Source: Acidobacteriota bacterium (GTDB lineage: Bacteria > Acidobacteriota > UBA6911 > RPQK01 > JAJDTT01). From it: 64,000 nucleotides of DNA. The notes below the pieces were generated by a model, which worked only from the letters and a program-made list of their open reading frames with translations, had not been told where the DNA came from and ran no database searches. Position 1 is the first letter of the stretch, and every line of letters begins with the position of its first letter. This document shows, one piece after another, positions 29,815 through 39,611 of this stretch. A program made the position numbers and the translations under genes. The stretch spans positions 1,152,001-1,216,000 of the forward strand of contig OZ242374.1 of the NCBI GenBank assembly GCA_965209055.1, written 5' to 3'.

Positions 29815-32800
29815 AACGGCGCAGGAAGTGGTAGTCAGCGCCGCTCCCGACGACGACGGCGAAACCGATGCTCCCGTGACTCTTAGTCATACGGTGCGAG
29901 GCGGGGACTACGACCGCCTGAGGGCGGACAACGTCCGTGTCACGATCAAGGAAATAGATAGCCGTGGCATAGTTGTGGATGCGGACCCGAGTGACGAAGC
30001 GCTTACCAGCGATATGCCCGCCATAGCGGAAGGTGGGACCGGCACATACAGGGTCAGGCTGGAGTCAAAGCCGACCGGAACAGTGACCGTTCGGGTGCTC
30101 GGCGTGTCGGGCGACGTTTCCGTGTCTCCGTCGACCCTGACCTTTACCACCAGCGACTGGAATGACTGGAAGATGGTGGAGGTGAAGGCTGGTCGGGACG
30201 ACGACGCGGATCAGGACCCTGCCGTGACGCTGACGCATGCGGCCAGTGGCGGCGGGTATTCCACGACCTCGGGTGCGGTGACGGTGACGATCACCGAAAG
30301 CGAAACCAGGAGTGCGATAGTGACGCCGAGGGCACTGGAGGTCACGGAGGGAGCGGCGGCGAAAAGCTATACGGTGGTCCTGACCACGGAACCCTCAGGC
30401 ACGGTGACGATAACGTTGGGTAGCGCGGGCTTGGCGGCCGCCAGGTCACACTCTTTGACGGTCAGTCCCACGTTGCTGACGTTCACGCGGGGCAACTGGA
30501 ACGTTCCGCAGGCAGTGACGGTGAGGGCCGCAGAGGACGAGGACGCAATCTCGGCCGACAACGCCGACGGAACCGCGGACACAGCGGACGACATCGTAGT
30601 GCTGACGCACGAACCGCGTGGCGGCGGCTACGATGCCGTAACGGTGTTGCCCGTGTCGGTGACAGTCGAGGATAACGACTCGGCGAGTATCATTGCGAGT
30701 ACCCCGTCACTGGAGATGGCCCAGGGGACGCGCCGCACCTATACGCTCGTGCTCGGTTCCAAGCCGGCGGCGAACGTATCGGTGGCGTTTTCCACCCCAC
30801 CCACCGGCGTAACTGTTAGCCCGGTATCGCCGGTGGTATTCACACCGAGCGACTGGTCCAACCCCCGGACTATGACGGTGCACGCGGCGTCCGCTACGGC
30901 GACGACCCCTGCGGCGATCGGAACCACGAATCTGGAACACACGGCAACCGGAACCGGCTACGACCCCGACACCGTCATCTTGGAGATCAAGAGCGGGACC
31001 CAGCCGGATGTCGCCATCAACCCGAGGTCATTGGAAATCACGGAAGGGGGCAGTGACTCCTACACCGTGGTGCTCACCAGCGAACCATCGGCGACTGTAC
31101 ACGTGGACGTATCCGGGGCGGCTGATGATGTCCGGGTGAGCCGAACGCGGCTGAGCTTCTCGACCAGCAACTGGAACCGGGAACAGTCAGTGACCGTAAG
31201 CGTCTCCGACGACGACGATGCGGTTCCCGAGCCCGTCGCAACATTGACCCACGAAGTGACCGGCGCGAGTGAGTACGAAAACCCCACGACTCCATTCACG
31301 GTCTCATCCGTGATGGTGACTCCCAAGGAGAACGACGAGGCGGGGGTGACGGCGTCGCCAACTTCATTGGATGTTGCAGCGGGGTCCAGCGGGACCTATC
31401 GAGTCAGGCTGACTTCGGAGCCGCTGGCTGCCATAACGGTGACGGTGATTAGCCCGTCCGACGACATTACGGTGACCGAGTCGCCGCTCGTCATTATGCC
31501 GGCCGACTGGAGTAGGGAGCATACTCTCACGGTGAACGTGGCTGCGGACGCCGGAAAGGATACGGAACAGTCTTTCACGCTGACCCATACGGTGGACGGC
31601 GACAGCTACTACGCTAATGTCCCAGGTCCGTCCGTGACGGTTAGGGTACCGGTGGAGGGCGCCCCGGGCGCACCCACGGGACTGACGGCAGAAGCCGGCG
31701 ACCAGAGTGTGGCCCTGACCTGGAACGCACCGGCCAACGACGGCGGATCGGCGATCACCCGCTACGATGTCCGCCACCAGGAGGTCGGCGGAAGCTACGG
31801 CGCCTGGTCCCGCGTTCCCGGCGGCGGGAGTGCCAGGAGCACGACCGTTGGGAATTTGGAGAACGGAAAGTCCTACGAATTCCAGGTGCGGGCGGCAAAC
31901 GCCACCGCTGCCGGCCAACCGGCCATAACCAGCGCCACGCTGGCGGAATCCGCTCCGGGTGCGCCGGCCAACTTCACGGCCACCGCCGGTGACGAGCAGG
32001 TTGCTCTGAGCTGGGGCGCGGCGTCTGGCAGCGGTTCGGACATCCTGCGCTATGAATACCGCTACGCCGCGGCCGGCCGAGCCTACGACGACGCTTGGAC
32101 GACCGTCAGCGGCGCCGGGAACGCCAGGAGCGTCACGGTTTCCAACCTCACCAACGGCACGGAATACCGATTCCAGGTGCGGGCGGTGAACAGCATCGGC
32201 GACGGCACCGCTGCCGAAGTCAGAGCCACTCCGGGCCGCGCTCCGAGCGCGCCGACGGGCGTGACGGCGAGAGTCGAAAGCGAGACCATCACGGTGAAGT
32301 GGGGCATGCCGGCCGACACCGGCGGCTCCGACATCACCGGCTACCAGGTGCGCTACCGCATGAACGGTAGTGGCTGGAGCAGTTGGAGGACGGTGGCCGG
32401 CGGCGGAAGCGCCACCAGCTACACCATGACGGGCCTGACCAACGGGATCGGCCATGAGATCCAGGTCGCAGCGGTGAACGCCATCGGGCGCGGCGCCGTC
32501 GCCTCGGTCGAGGCCACGCCCATGGAGGGTCTCAACTTCGCCCACTTTGCCAACGGCACGGCGGGTGAGGTGACCATCACGTCCGACATCGTGCTGGTGA
32601 ACGTGGAGACCTCCGCGGTGACCCCGGCCATCTACTTCTACAACCAGATGGGCGACATGATCGACGCCGACTCGGTGGTGGATGTGACGGGAGACCTGAT
32701 GGTCAATGGCGACGGCGCCTTGACCGTTCCCATGGGGATCCCGAGCCGAGGCGAAATGACAATTTCGACCAACGGCGAAGGTGCCCTGGTGGTCGGATCG

Positions 32801-33928
32801 GCGAGGGTGTTCGGCACCGGCCGCCTGGGAGGCGTGCTGCGCTTCGACATCCCGGCCGTTGGAGTCGCCGGCGTGGGAGCCAGCGAGCCCGTCAGCGACG
32901 CCATCTTCCCGGCTCGCCGGATGATCGGTGGAGTCAGAACCGGAGCGGCGATCCGCAACCTCAGCGCCGATGACATGACCGTGACCTGCATGCTGATGCA
33001 GGGCGGCGAGGTCATGGATACGGCCCCGATCATGCTGGACGGCGACGGCCATCACTCCGCGTTCATCGACGAGATGTTCCCGGGCGCCGATACGGTCGAC
33101 TTCGTGGGATCGGTGCGTTGCACCGCCCCCGGCGACGGCATGTTCGTCGGAGTCGCCCTGGAAATGGATGCCGCCAACGGCATTTTCACCACCCTCCCGA
33201 TGGTGCCTCTGGGGTCCGGCGCCGGCAGCGGTAATTCGACGCTCAACTTCGCACACTTCGCCAACGGCGATTTCGGCGGAACGGCAACGAGTTCCGACCT
33301 GGTCTTCGTCAACGTGGCCACCTCGGCGGTGGCCCCGGCCATCCACTTCTTCGACCAGAAGGGCACCATGATCGATGCCGCGATGGTCGTGGACGCCACG
33401 ATGGACGGAGTCGAGGTCGCCGACGGTGTCCTGATGGTGACGGACGAGATCCCGGTCATGGGTGAAATGACCGTCACCACCAGTGGCATGGGCGAGGGCA
33501 TGGTCGGCTCGGTGAGAGTCGTCTCTGACGGACCCATCGGCGGTGTCCTCCGCTTCAATATCCCCAGCATCGGGGTTGCCGGAGTGGGAGCCAGCGATGC
33601 CGTGAACGCAGCCATCTTCCCGGCCCGCCGCATGGCGGCCGGCATCAACACCGGCGCCGCCATCCGCAACCTCATGGCGGATATGACGTCGGTGACCTGC
33701 CGCTTGATGATGGGCGGTCAGAGGCTGGGTGAGAAGGTGATCAATCTGCCTGGCAACGGCCAGAACTCCGAGTTCATCAACGAGATGTTCGCCAACGCCA
33801 ACACGGACGACTTCACCGGCTCGGTCCACTGCACCGCGCCGTCGGGGTCCATGTTTACCGGCGTGGCTCTGGAGATGGATTTCAACAACGGGATCTTCAC
33901 CACCCTCCCGGTGGTCCCGGTCCGGTAA
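29815..33928 (+). pseudogene. 3' part of the adhesin: Calx-beta-like repeats, three fibronectin type III domains, two C-terminal surface modules
   Basis: In frame with the 5' part once the IS and one DR are removed (5841 nt); FN3 motifs APTGLTA..W..P..GGS.IT.Y...Y.FQVRA.N; LNFAHFANG x2. Confidence 0.85.
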
Positions 33929-33953
33929 CCATCCCCAAAAGGGAACCAAACCC

Positions 33954-33990
33954 AAAAGGGGCAACCGCACCAGCGGTTGCCCCTTTTTTT
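33954..33990 (+). terminator. Bidirectional-type rho-independent terminator
   Basis: aaaaggggcaaccgc-acca-gcggttgcccctttttt. Confidence 0.85.
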
Positions 33991-34207
33991 GGAGCGGCGA
34001 CTTTCCTGTCGCCGGAGAAGGCGGTTTTCCTACCGCCGATTGGAGTGGCGACTTTCCTGTCGCCACGGGAGCGAAGCGACCGATCCCGAGCCGATTTGCC
34101 AATCGTCGAATGGAGCGTCGGCTTTCCTACCGCCGAACTACCGACCAACGAAAAACCCGAACGGCGAGCGGCGAAGGGTGCACGGGGCGACAGGAAAGTC
34201 GCCCCTC
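33991..34207. repeat. Cluster of REP-like palindromes
   Basis: GGAG-CGGCGACTTTCCTGTCGCC, GGCGGTTTTCCTACCGCC and variants in both orientations. Confidence 0.8.
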
Positions 34208-34212
34208 CGCGA

Positions 34213-35103
34213 TTATAAATCGCCTCGCATCCCCGCCACGACGCCTCGCCAGATGGTCGCCACGCGCCGCCGGCGCAGCAGCACGGCGTTCCAGGCCAGG
34301 CTCAACACCAGCGACTTCCCCCAACAACCCCATGCCCAGGCGCCGGCCCGATGCTTCCTCAGGAACAGCACCGCATTCCGCCGGACCCAGAACACCCGCT
34401 TCAGGGGATCGTGCCGCGTCGAATGCGCCCGCCGGTGATAGACCCTCGCCGCCGGACAGAAGTAGGCCCGGTACCCCCGCCTTCCGGCGCGGAAGAGGAA
34501 GTCCACCTCCTCGTGGTACATGAAGTAGTCCTCGTCGAAAAACCCCGCGTCCTCGAACACCCGCCGGTGGACCAGAAGCGCGCATCCCAGCAGCAACTGC
34601 ACCCGGCGGACCCGGCCGTACCGCCCGCCGTCCCGCGCCCCCTTGCCGCGAAAGGAAGCCAGGACGTGGCTCCAGGTGATGCGTCCCCAGGCGGCGTCCA
34701 ACCGGTCCGGCCTCTCCTGCAGCAGGACCTTCGGTCCGTAGACCCCCGGCCCCTTCTCCCGGGCCGTCTCCAGCAGCCGGGAGACCGTCTCCGGCTCCAC
34801 CAGGATGTCGTTGTTCAGCAGGAGAAAATATTCGGCGGCCGGACTCGAGCCGTCTTCCGCGCCGGGAACCGACCTCCGCAGCACCGAGTTGAGGGCGCCC
34901 CCGTAACCCAGGTTCTCCGCCAGCGGCGCCAGGCGCACCGGATCCCGCACCTGGTCTGCGGAGCCATCGGTGGACCCGTTGTCCACCACGACGATCTCGA
35001 GGTTGGGGTGAAGCGTACAACGCAACGAGTCCAGGGTCGCCGGGAGGACGTCGCGCCCGTTCCAGTTCACGACGATCGCTACGACCCGTTCATCAGTCGG
35101 CAT
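34213..35103 (-). CDS. Glycosyltransferase family 2 (rhamnosyltransferase-like)
   Basis: IVVNWNG, VVVDNGSTD, LLNND, FDEDYFMYHEEVD. Confidence 0.9.
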   Translation of the reverse strand: MPTDERVVAIVVNWNGRDVLPATLDSLRCTLHPNLEIVVVDNGSTDGSADQVRDPVRLAPLAENLGYGGALNSVLRRSVPGAEDGSSPAAEYFLLLNNDILVEPETVSRLLETAREKGPGVYGPKVLLQERPDRLDAAWGRITWSHVLASFRGKGARDGGRYGRVRRVQLLLGCALLVHRRVFEDAGFFDEDYFMYHEEVDFLFRAGRRGYRAYFCPAARVYHRRAHSTRHDPLKRVFWVRRNAVLFLRKHRAGAWAWGCWGKSLVLSLAWNAVLLRRRRVATIWRGVVAGMRGDL

Positions 35104-36149
35104 ATTTCCCGTCCCGTGAGGACCCGGTCGCGGCGCACCCGCCAGCGCTTGGCCAGCGCCTGGGGAGTCCGCGCCATCCCCGCCGCGAGTCCTCGCAGGA
35201 ACGACCCCACGTAGCCCGCCTTGAGGGCGTGGAACGCCGTGCTGCGGGCCCAGCCGTAGGCCAAGTGGAGCAGGTTGCGTCCCGGTTGATAGGTGACCAT
35301 CAACTGCCACCGGTTGCGGGTGATCCAGTAGACCCGGGCCGGCGAATAGCAGACGGGGAGTGAAGGCGGGTCCGGCCGGGGTGGGATCGACCGGACCCTG
35401 GCGTCCGTCTCCGCCGGAAGGACGAGTCGGCAGTCCTCCTCTACCGATGCCAGGAGGTCCGCCACCAGGTCTTTCCGAGAGGAATCGGACGCTGCCTCTA
35501 TATGGTAGACGATAGCCTCGGGGACGTAAAGGCAGGAATGGCCGGTGAACTGGGCTCTCAGGCTCAGTTCCACGTCCTCCAGGTACATGTAGTAGGTTTC
35601 ATCGAAGAGCCCGATGCGGTCGAAGAGCCGGCGGCGGTAGAAGGCGGCGCCGGCGCTGGCCCCCAGGACCGGCCGGCTGTGGCTGTGGAGCCGGCACGCG
35701 TCGCCCCGGCCCCGCTTGAAGGGCATTCCCGTCCGGTCGTAGCCGTCGCCGGCGCTGTCGATGAGGTCCCGCCGGCGGAAGTCCATCATTCGGGACGCCA
35801 GGAACCAGTAGGAGGGGTTCCGGTCCAACGCCGCCAGTCCCGCCTCCACCCAGCCCGGGTCCACCTCCGTGTCGTTGTTCAGGAGCGCCACGTATTCGGA
35901 ACTGCAATGGAGGATGCCGCGATTCACCGCCCGGGCGAACCCCTGGTTCTCCTCCAGCGCCAGCGCCTCCACCCCGGGAAACCGGTCTTCAAGCATCTCC
36001 CGGGTCGAGTCGGTGGAACCGTTGTCCACCACCAGGACGGGGCATCGCACCCGCTGCCTGGCCAGCGACGAGAGGCAGTGCTCCAGCAGCCGGGCCCGGT
36101 TCCACGTGGGGATGATCACCGTCAGCCTGGGATCGTAGCCGCCGGTCAT
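35079..36149 (-). CDS. Glycosyltransferase family 2
   Basis: VIIPTWN, LLNNDT, FDETYYMYLEDV. Confidence 0.9.
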   Translation of the reverse strand: MTGGYDPRLTVIIPTWNRARLLEHCLSSLARQRVRCPVLVVDNGSTDSTREMLEDRFPGVEALALEENQGFARAVNRGILHCSSEYVALLNNDTEVDPGWVEAGLAALDRNPSYWFLASRMMDFRRRDLIDSAGDGYDRTGMPFKRGRGDACRLHSHSRPVLGASAGAAFYRRRLFDRIGLFDETYYMYLEDVELSLRAQFTGHSCLYVPEAIVYHIEAASDSSRKDLVADLLASVEEDCRLVLPAETDARVRSIPPRPDPPSLPVCYSPARVYWITRNRWQLMVTYQPGRNLLHLAYGWARSTAFHALKAGYVGSFLRGLAAGMARTPQALAKRWRVRRDRVLTGREICRLMNGS

Positions 36150-37105
36150 GCCTGGCGTTCCTCCCGCCGGCCTCGAAGCAGCCCCAGGTTGTAGTGGTAG
36201 CTCATGAGATCCGGATAGAGGGAGCTCAGGTCCGGCCAACCCCGTTTCTCGGTCCAGGCGCAGGCCCAGGTCAGCAGCTCCATGCGCACCCGGTCCCGGA
36301 GCCGGTATCGGGGCAGGCGGTCCACGTTGAGGAAGTCCGCCAACTCGGGATGCTTGCGGTAGAAGTTCCAGGCCGAGGAGCCGACCCGCCGCTGCCGCCG
36401 GACGAAAGCCCTCACCGACGTCGGGTGGTGATGGTGGGCCACCGCGCCCGCGTGGTAGACCAGCCGCATCCCCATCCGGTGGAGCCGCCATCCCAACTCG
36501 ATGTCCTCCCACCCGTACTCGCCGAAGTCCTCGTCGAACCCCCCCGACTCCCGGAAGAACTCCCGGGAGATGGAGAGGTTGCTGGTGTAGAAGAAGTTGA
36601 AGGGAACGTCGTTCGGGTCTTCGATCAGCGCGAACCCGAACTGCCACCCCTCCTCGCCCACGTACTCCATGAACCGGGTCCGGGGATACTCCCGGGCCCA
36701 GGGCGTGTACCCGATCACCACGACCCGTTCGGCATCCTCGCGCCGGACCCCGTCGCGCGCCCCGAGATGCCCCTCCAGAAAACCGGACCCGGGAACCGTA
36801 TCGTCCCCCAGAAACACCAGCCACTCCCCCCGGGCCCGCCCCACGCCCAGGTTCCGCGCCGCGCCCTGCTTGCGATTCTCCTGGTGAAGGTAAACCAGCG
36901 GCACCGGATACTCCGAAGCCATCCCCCGAACCCGCTCGCCCGTGTCGTCGGTGGATCCGTCGTCCACCACGATCACCTCGTAGGGAACGCCGCCCCCCGA
37001 ATCGTCCGCAGACTCCTCAAGCAACGTCTGCCGGCCCAGCGCCTCCAACGTCCGCACCAGGATCCGGGACCGGTTGTAGGTCGGGATGACGACGGTCGCT
37101 CGCAT
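36146..37105 (-). CDS. Glycosyltransferase family 2
   Basis: VVIPTYNR, VVDDGSTD, GGFDEDF..YGWED. Confidence 0.92.
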   Translation of the reverse strand: MRATVVIPTYNRSRILVRTLEALGRQTLLEESADDSGGGVPYEVIVVDDGSTDDTGERVRGMASEYPVPLVYLHQENRKQGAARNLGVGRARGEWLVFLGDDTVPGSGFLEGHLGARDGVRREDAERVVVIGYTPWAREYPRTRFMEYVGEEGWQFGFALIEDPNDVPFNFFYTSNLSISREFFRESGGFDEDFGEYGWEDIELGWRLHRMGMRLVYHAGAVAHHHHPTSVRAFVRRQRRVGSSAWNFYRKHPELADFLNVDRLPRYRLRDRVRMELLTWACAWTEKRGWPDLSSLYPDLMSYHYNLGLLRGRREERQA

Positions 37106-37279
37106 GGTCCTGCCCCAAGTCTACCAAGGAGAGCCGATCTCCAATCGCCCGCTCTTGCGTCGCCGCATTGCTACGCGGCAGTCCGGCGGTTGGAAACCGC
37201 CTCCCGCTGGGCTCTTTCGCATATTTGTCGCGGCCGTCGTTGTATATTGTGAATGCAAGACTTCGGAGGACTCCAAGCC

Positions 37280-37552
37280 ATGAATGTCGATCTGATCAGC
37301 GTCCTGGTAGCCGTCGTCGCAGTAGGAGTCGGCCTGGCCGGACTGGTGCTGGCCGGTTGGCGAGGCGTTCGGCTCGAAATGCGCGAAATGCGCCACGAGA
37401 TGCGCGGAGAGATCCACGAAATCCGGCAGGACATGGGCAACCACATGGGACGGATCGACTCCCAAATCGCCGAACTCCGGGAACGGATCGGCCGCGTGGA
37501 AGGATTACTGCAGGGACTGCGGAAAGTCTTCATCCCCCGCACCGCGGACTAG
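37280..37552 (+). CDS. Small N-terminal-TM coiled-coil protein (array copy 1, 90 aa)
   Basis: MNVDLISVLVAVVAVGVGLAG...LRERIGRVEGLL; GGAGG RBS. Confidence 0.85.
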   Translation: MNVDLISVLVAVVAVGVGLAGLVLAGWRGVRLEMREMRHEMRGEIHEIRQDMGNHMGRIDSQIAELRERIGRVEGLLQGLRKVFIPRTAD

Positions 37553-37752
37553 GACCAGCGCTGCCAGGAAGGGCGATTGGAAGGGTGATTGGAAGGGCGA
37601 TTTCTAATCGCCCTCTTCGTCTTTCCCCCCAAGCCGAATAAGAAATCGGCGGTTAGGAAACCGCCGCCCCGCCCCAACCGAGATCTTTCGCATATTTTCC
37701 GCGATCGTCGTTTGTATACTATTGAACGCACAACATCCGAGGACTCGAAGCC

Positions 37753-38088
37753 ATGAATGTCGATCTGATCAGCGTCCTGGTAGCCGTCGTCGCAGTAGGA
37801 GTCGGCCTGGCCGGCCTGGTGTTGGCCAGTTGGCGGGGCGTCCGGCACGAAATGCGGGGCATGCGCCACGAGATGCGCGGAGAGATCCACGAAGTCCGGC
37901 ACGAAATGCGCGGCATGCGGCACGAGATGCGGGGAGAGATCCACGAAGTCCGGCAGGAGATGCGGGATATGCGCAACCACATGGGACGGATGGACGCCCA
38001 TATCGGCGATCTCCGGCAACGCGTGGGGCACGTGGAAGGATTGCTGCGGGGCCTGCGGGAAGTCTTCGTTCCCCGCACTGCGGACTAG
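37753..38088 (+). CDS. Small N-terminal-TM coiled-coil protein (array copy 2, 111 aa)
   Basis: Paralog with an internal 18-aa duplication. Confidence 0.85.
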   Translation: MNVDLISVLVAVVAVGVGLAGLVLASWRGVRHEMRGMRHEMRGEIHEVRHEMRGMRHEMRGEIHEVRQEMRDMRNHMGRMDAHIGDLRQRVGHVEGLLRGLREVFVPRTAD

Positions 38089-38276
38089 GAGGAGCGCCAG
38101 GAAGGGCGATTGGAAGGGCGATTTCTAATCGCCCTCTTCGTCTTTCCCCCAAGCCGAGTAAGAAATCGGCGGTTAGGAAACCGCCGCCCCGGCCCGCCCC
38201 AACCGAGATCTTTCGCATATTTTCCGCGATCGTCGTTTGTATACTATTGAACGCACAACATCCGAGGACTCCCCCC

Positions 38277-38546
38277 ATGAATGTCGATCTGATCAGCGTC
38301 CTGGTAGCCGTCGTCGCAGTAGGAGTCGGCCTGGCCGGACTGACATTGGCCAGTTGGCGGGGCGTCCGGCATGATATGTGGGACATGCGGCAGGAGATGC
38401 GGGACATGTGCCAGGAGATGAGGGACGTGCGCAACCACATGGGACGGATCGATTCCCATATCGCCGAACTCCGGGAACGGATCGGCCGTGTCGAAGGACT
38501 ACTGCAGGGACTGCGGAAGGTCTTCATCCCCCGCACCGTGGACTAG
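38277..38546 (+). CDS. Small N-terminal-TM coiled-coil protein (array copy 3, 89 aa)
   Basis: Paralog; ATG at 38277 after GAGG. Confidence 0.85.
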   Translation: MNVDLISVLVAVVAVGVGLAGLTLASWRGVRHDMWDMRQEMRDMCQEMRDVRNHMGRIDSHIAELRERIGRVEGLLQGLRKVFIPRTVD

Positions 38547-38752
38547 GACCAGCGCTGCCAGGAAGGGCGCTAGGAAGGGCGATTGGAAGGGCGATTGGAA
38601 GGGCGATTTCCTAATCGCCCGTTCTTCATCCCCCCAAGCCGAATAAAAAATCGGCGGTTAGGAAACCGCCGCCCCAACCGAGATCTTTCGCATATTTTCC
38701 GCGATCGTCGTTTGTATACTATTGAACGCACAACATCCGAGGACTCCCCCCC

Positions 38753-39034
38753 ATGAATGTTGACCTGATCAGCGTCCTGGTAGCCGTCGTCGCAGTAGGA
38801 GTCGGCCTGGCCGGACTGACATTGGCCAGTTGGCGAGGCGTCCGGCACGAAATGCGGGACATGCGGCAAGAGATACGGGGAGAGATCCACGAAGTCCGGC
38901 AGGAGATGCGGGATATGCGCAACCAGATGGGACGGATCGACTCCCATATCGCCGAACTCCGGGAACGGATCGGCCGTGTGGAAGGACTACTGCAGGGACT
39001 GCGGAAAGTCTTCGTTCCCCGCACTGTGGCCTAG
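38753..39034 (+). CDS. Small N-terminal-TM coiled-coil protein (array copy 4, 93 aa)
   Basis: Paralog. Confidence 0.85.
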   Translation: MNVDLISVLVAVVAVGVGLAGLTLASWRGVRHEMRDMRQEIRGEIHEVRQEMRDMRNQMGRIDSHIAELRERIGRVEGLLQGLRKVFVPRTVA

Positions 39035-39070
39035 GAGGAGCGCCAGTAAGGGCGCTAGGAAGGGCGCTAG

Positions 39071-39600
39071 GAAGGGCGATTTCCTAATCGCCCGTTCTTC
39101 TTCCCCTCACATCGCGTCAGGAATCAGCGGTTGGAAACCGCCGCCCCAGGGGGAGGAAGGGCGATTTCCCAATCGCCCGTTCTTATTTCCCCTCACACCG
39201 CGTCAGGAATCGGCGGTTGGAAACCGCCGCTCCAGGGGGAGCAAGGGCGATTTCCCAATCGCCCGTTCTTATTTCCCCCACATCGCGTCAGGAATCGGCG
39301 GTTGGAAACCGCCGCCCCAGGGGGAGGAAGGGCGATTTCCCAATCGCCCGTTCTTATTTCCCCCACATCGCGGCAGGAATCGGCGGTTGGAAACCGCCAC
39401 CCCAGGGGGAGGAAGGGCGATTTCCCAATCGCCCGTTCTTCTTTCCCTCACATCGCGGCAGGAATCGGCGGTTGGAAACCGCCGCCCCAGGGGGAGGAAG
39501 GGCGATTTCCTAATCGCCCGTTCTTATTTCCGCCACATCGCGGCAGGAATCGGCGGTTAGGAAACCGCCGCCCCATCGGCGATTGGAAACCGCCGCCCCA
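39071..39600. repeat. Tandem array of six ~85-bp REP-doublet units
   Basis: Unit starts 39071, 39156, 39242, 39327, 39412, 39497; same two hairpins as the 11.8-kb array, in opposite orientation. Confidence 0.92.
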
Positions 39601-39611
39601 TCCGCTTTTTT

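Noticed and set aside
27910-29921. Two separate adhesin genes or a programmed frameshift
   Set aside because: Fully explained by the IS1634 insertion with TIRs and a 107-bp duplication; the halves rejoin in frame
31364-34102. Long antisense ORFs (912 aa here; also 53616-55289, 42381-44102, 59171-60457 and others)
   Set aside because: Shadow frames of genuine GC-biased genes on the opposite strand
37280-39034. Diversity-generating retroelement template/variable repeats
   Set aside because: No reverse transcriptase in the window; differences are block indels and mixed substitutions, not adenine-specific
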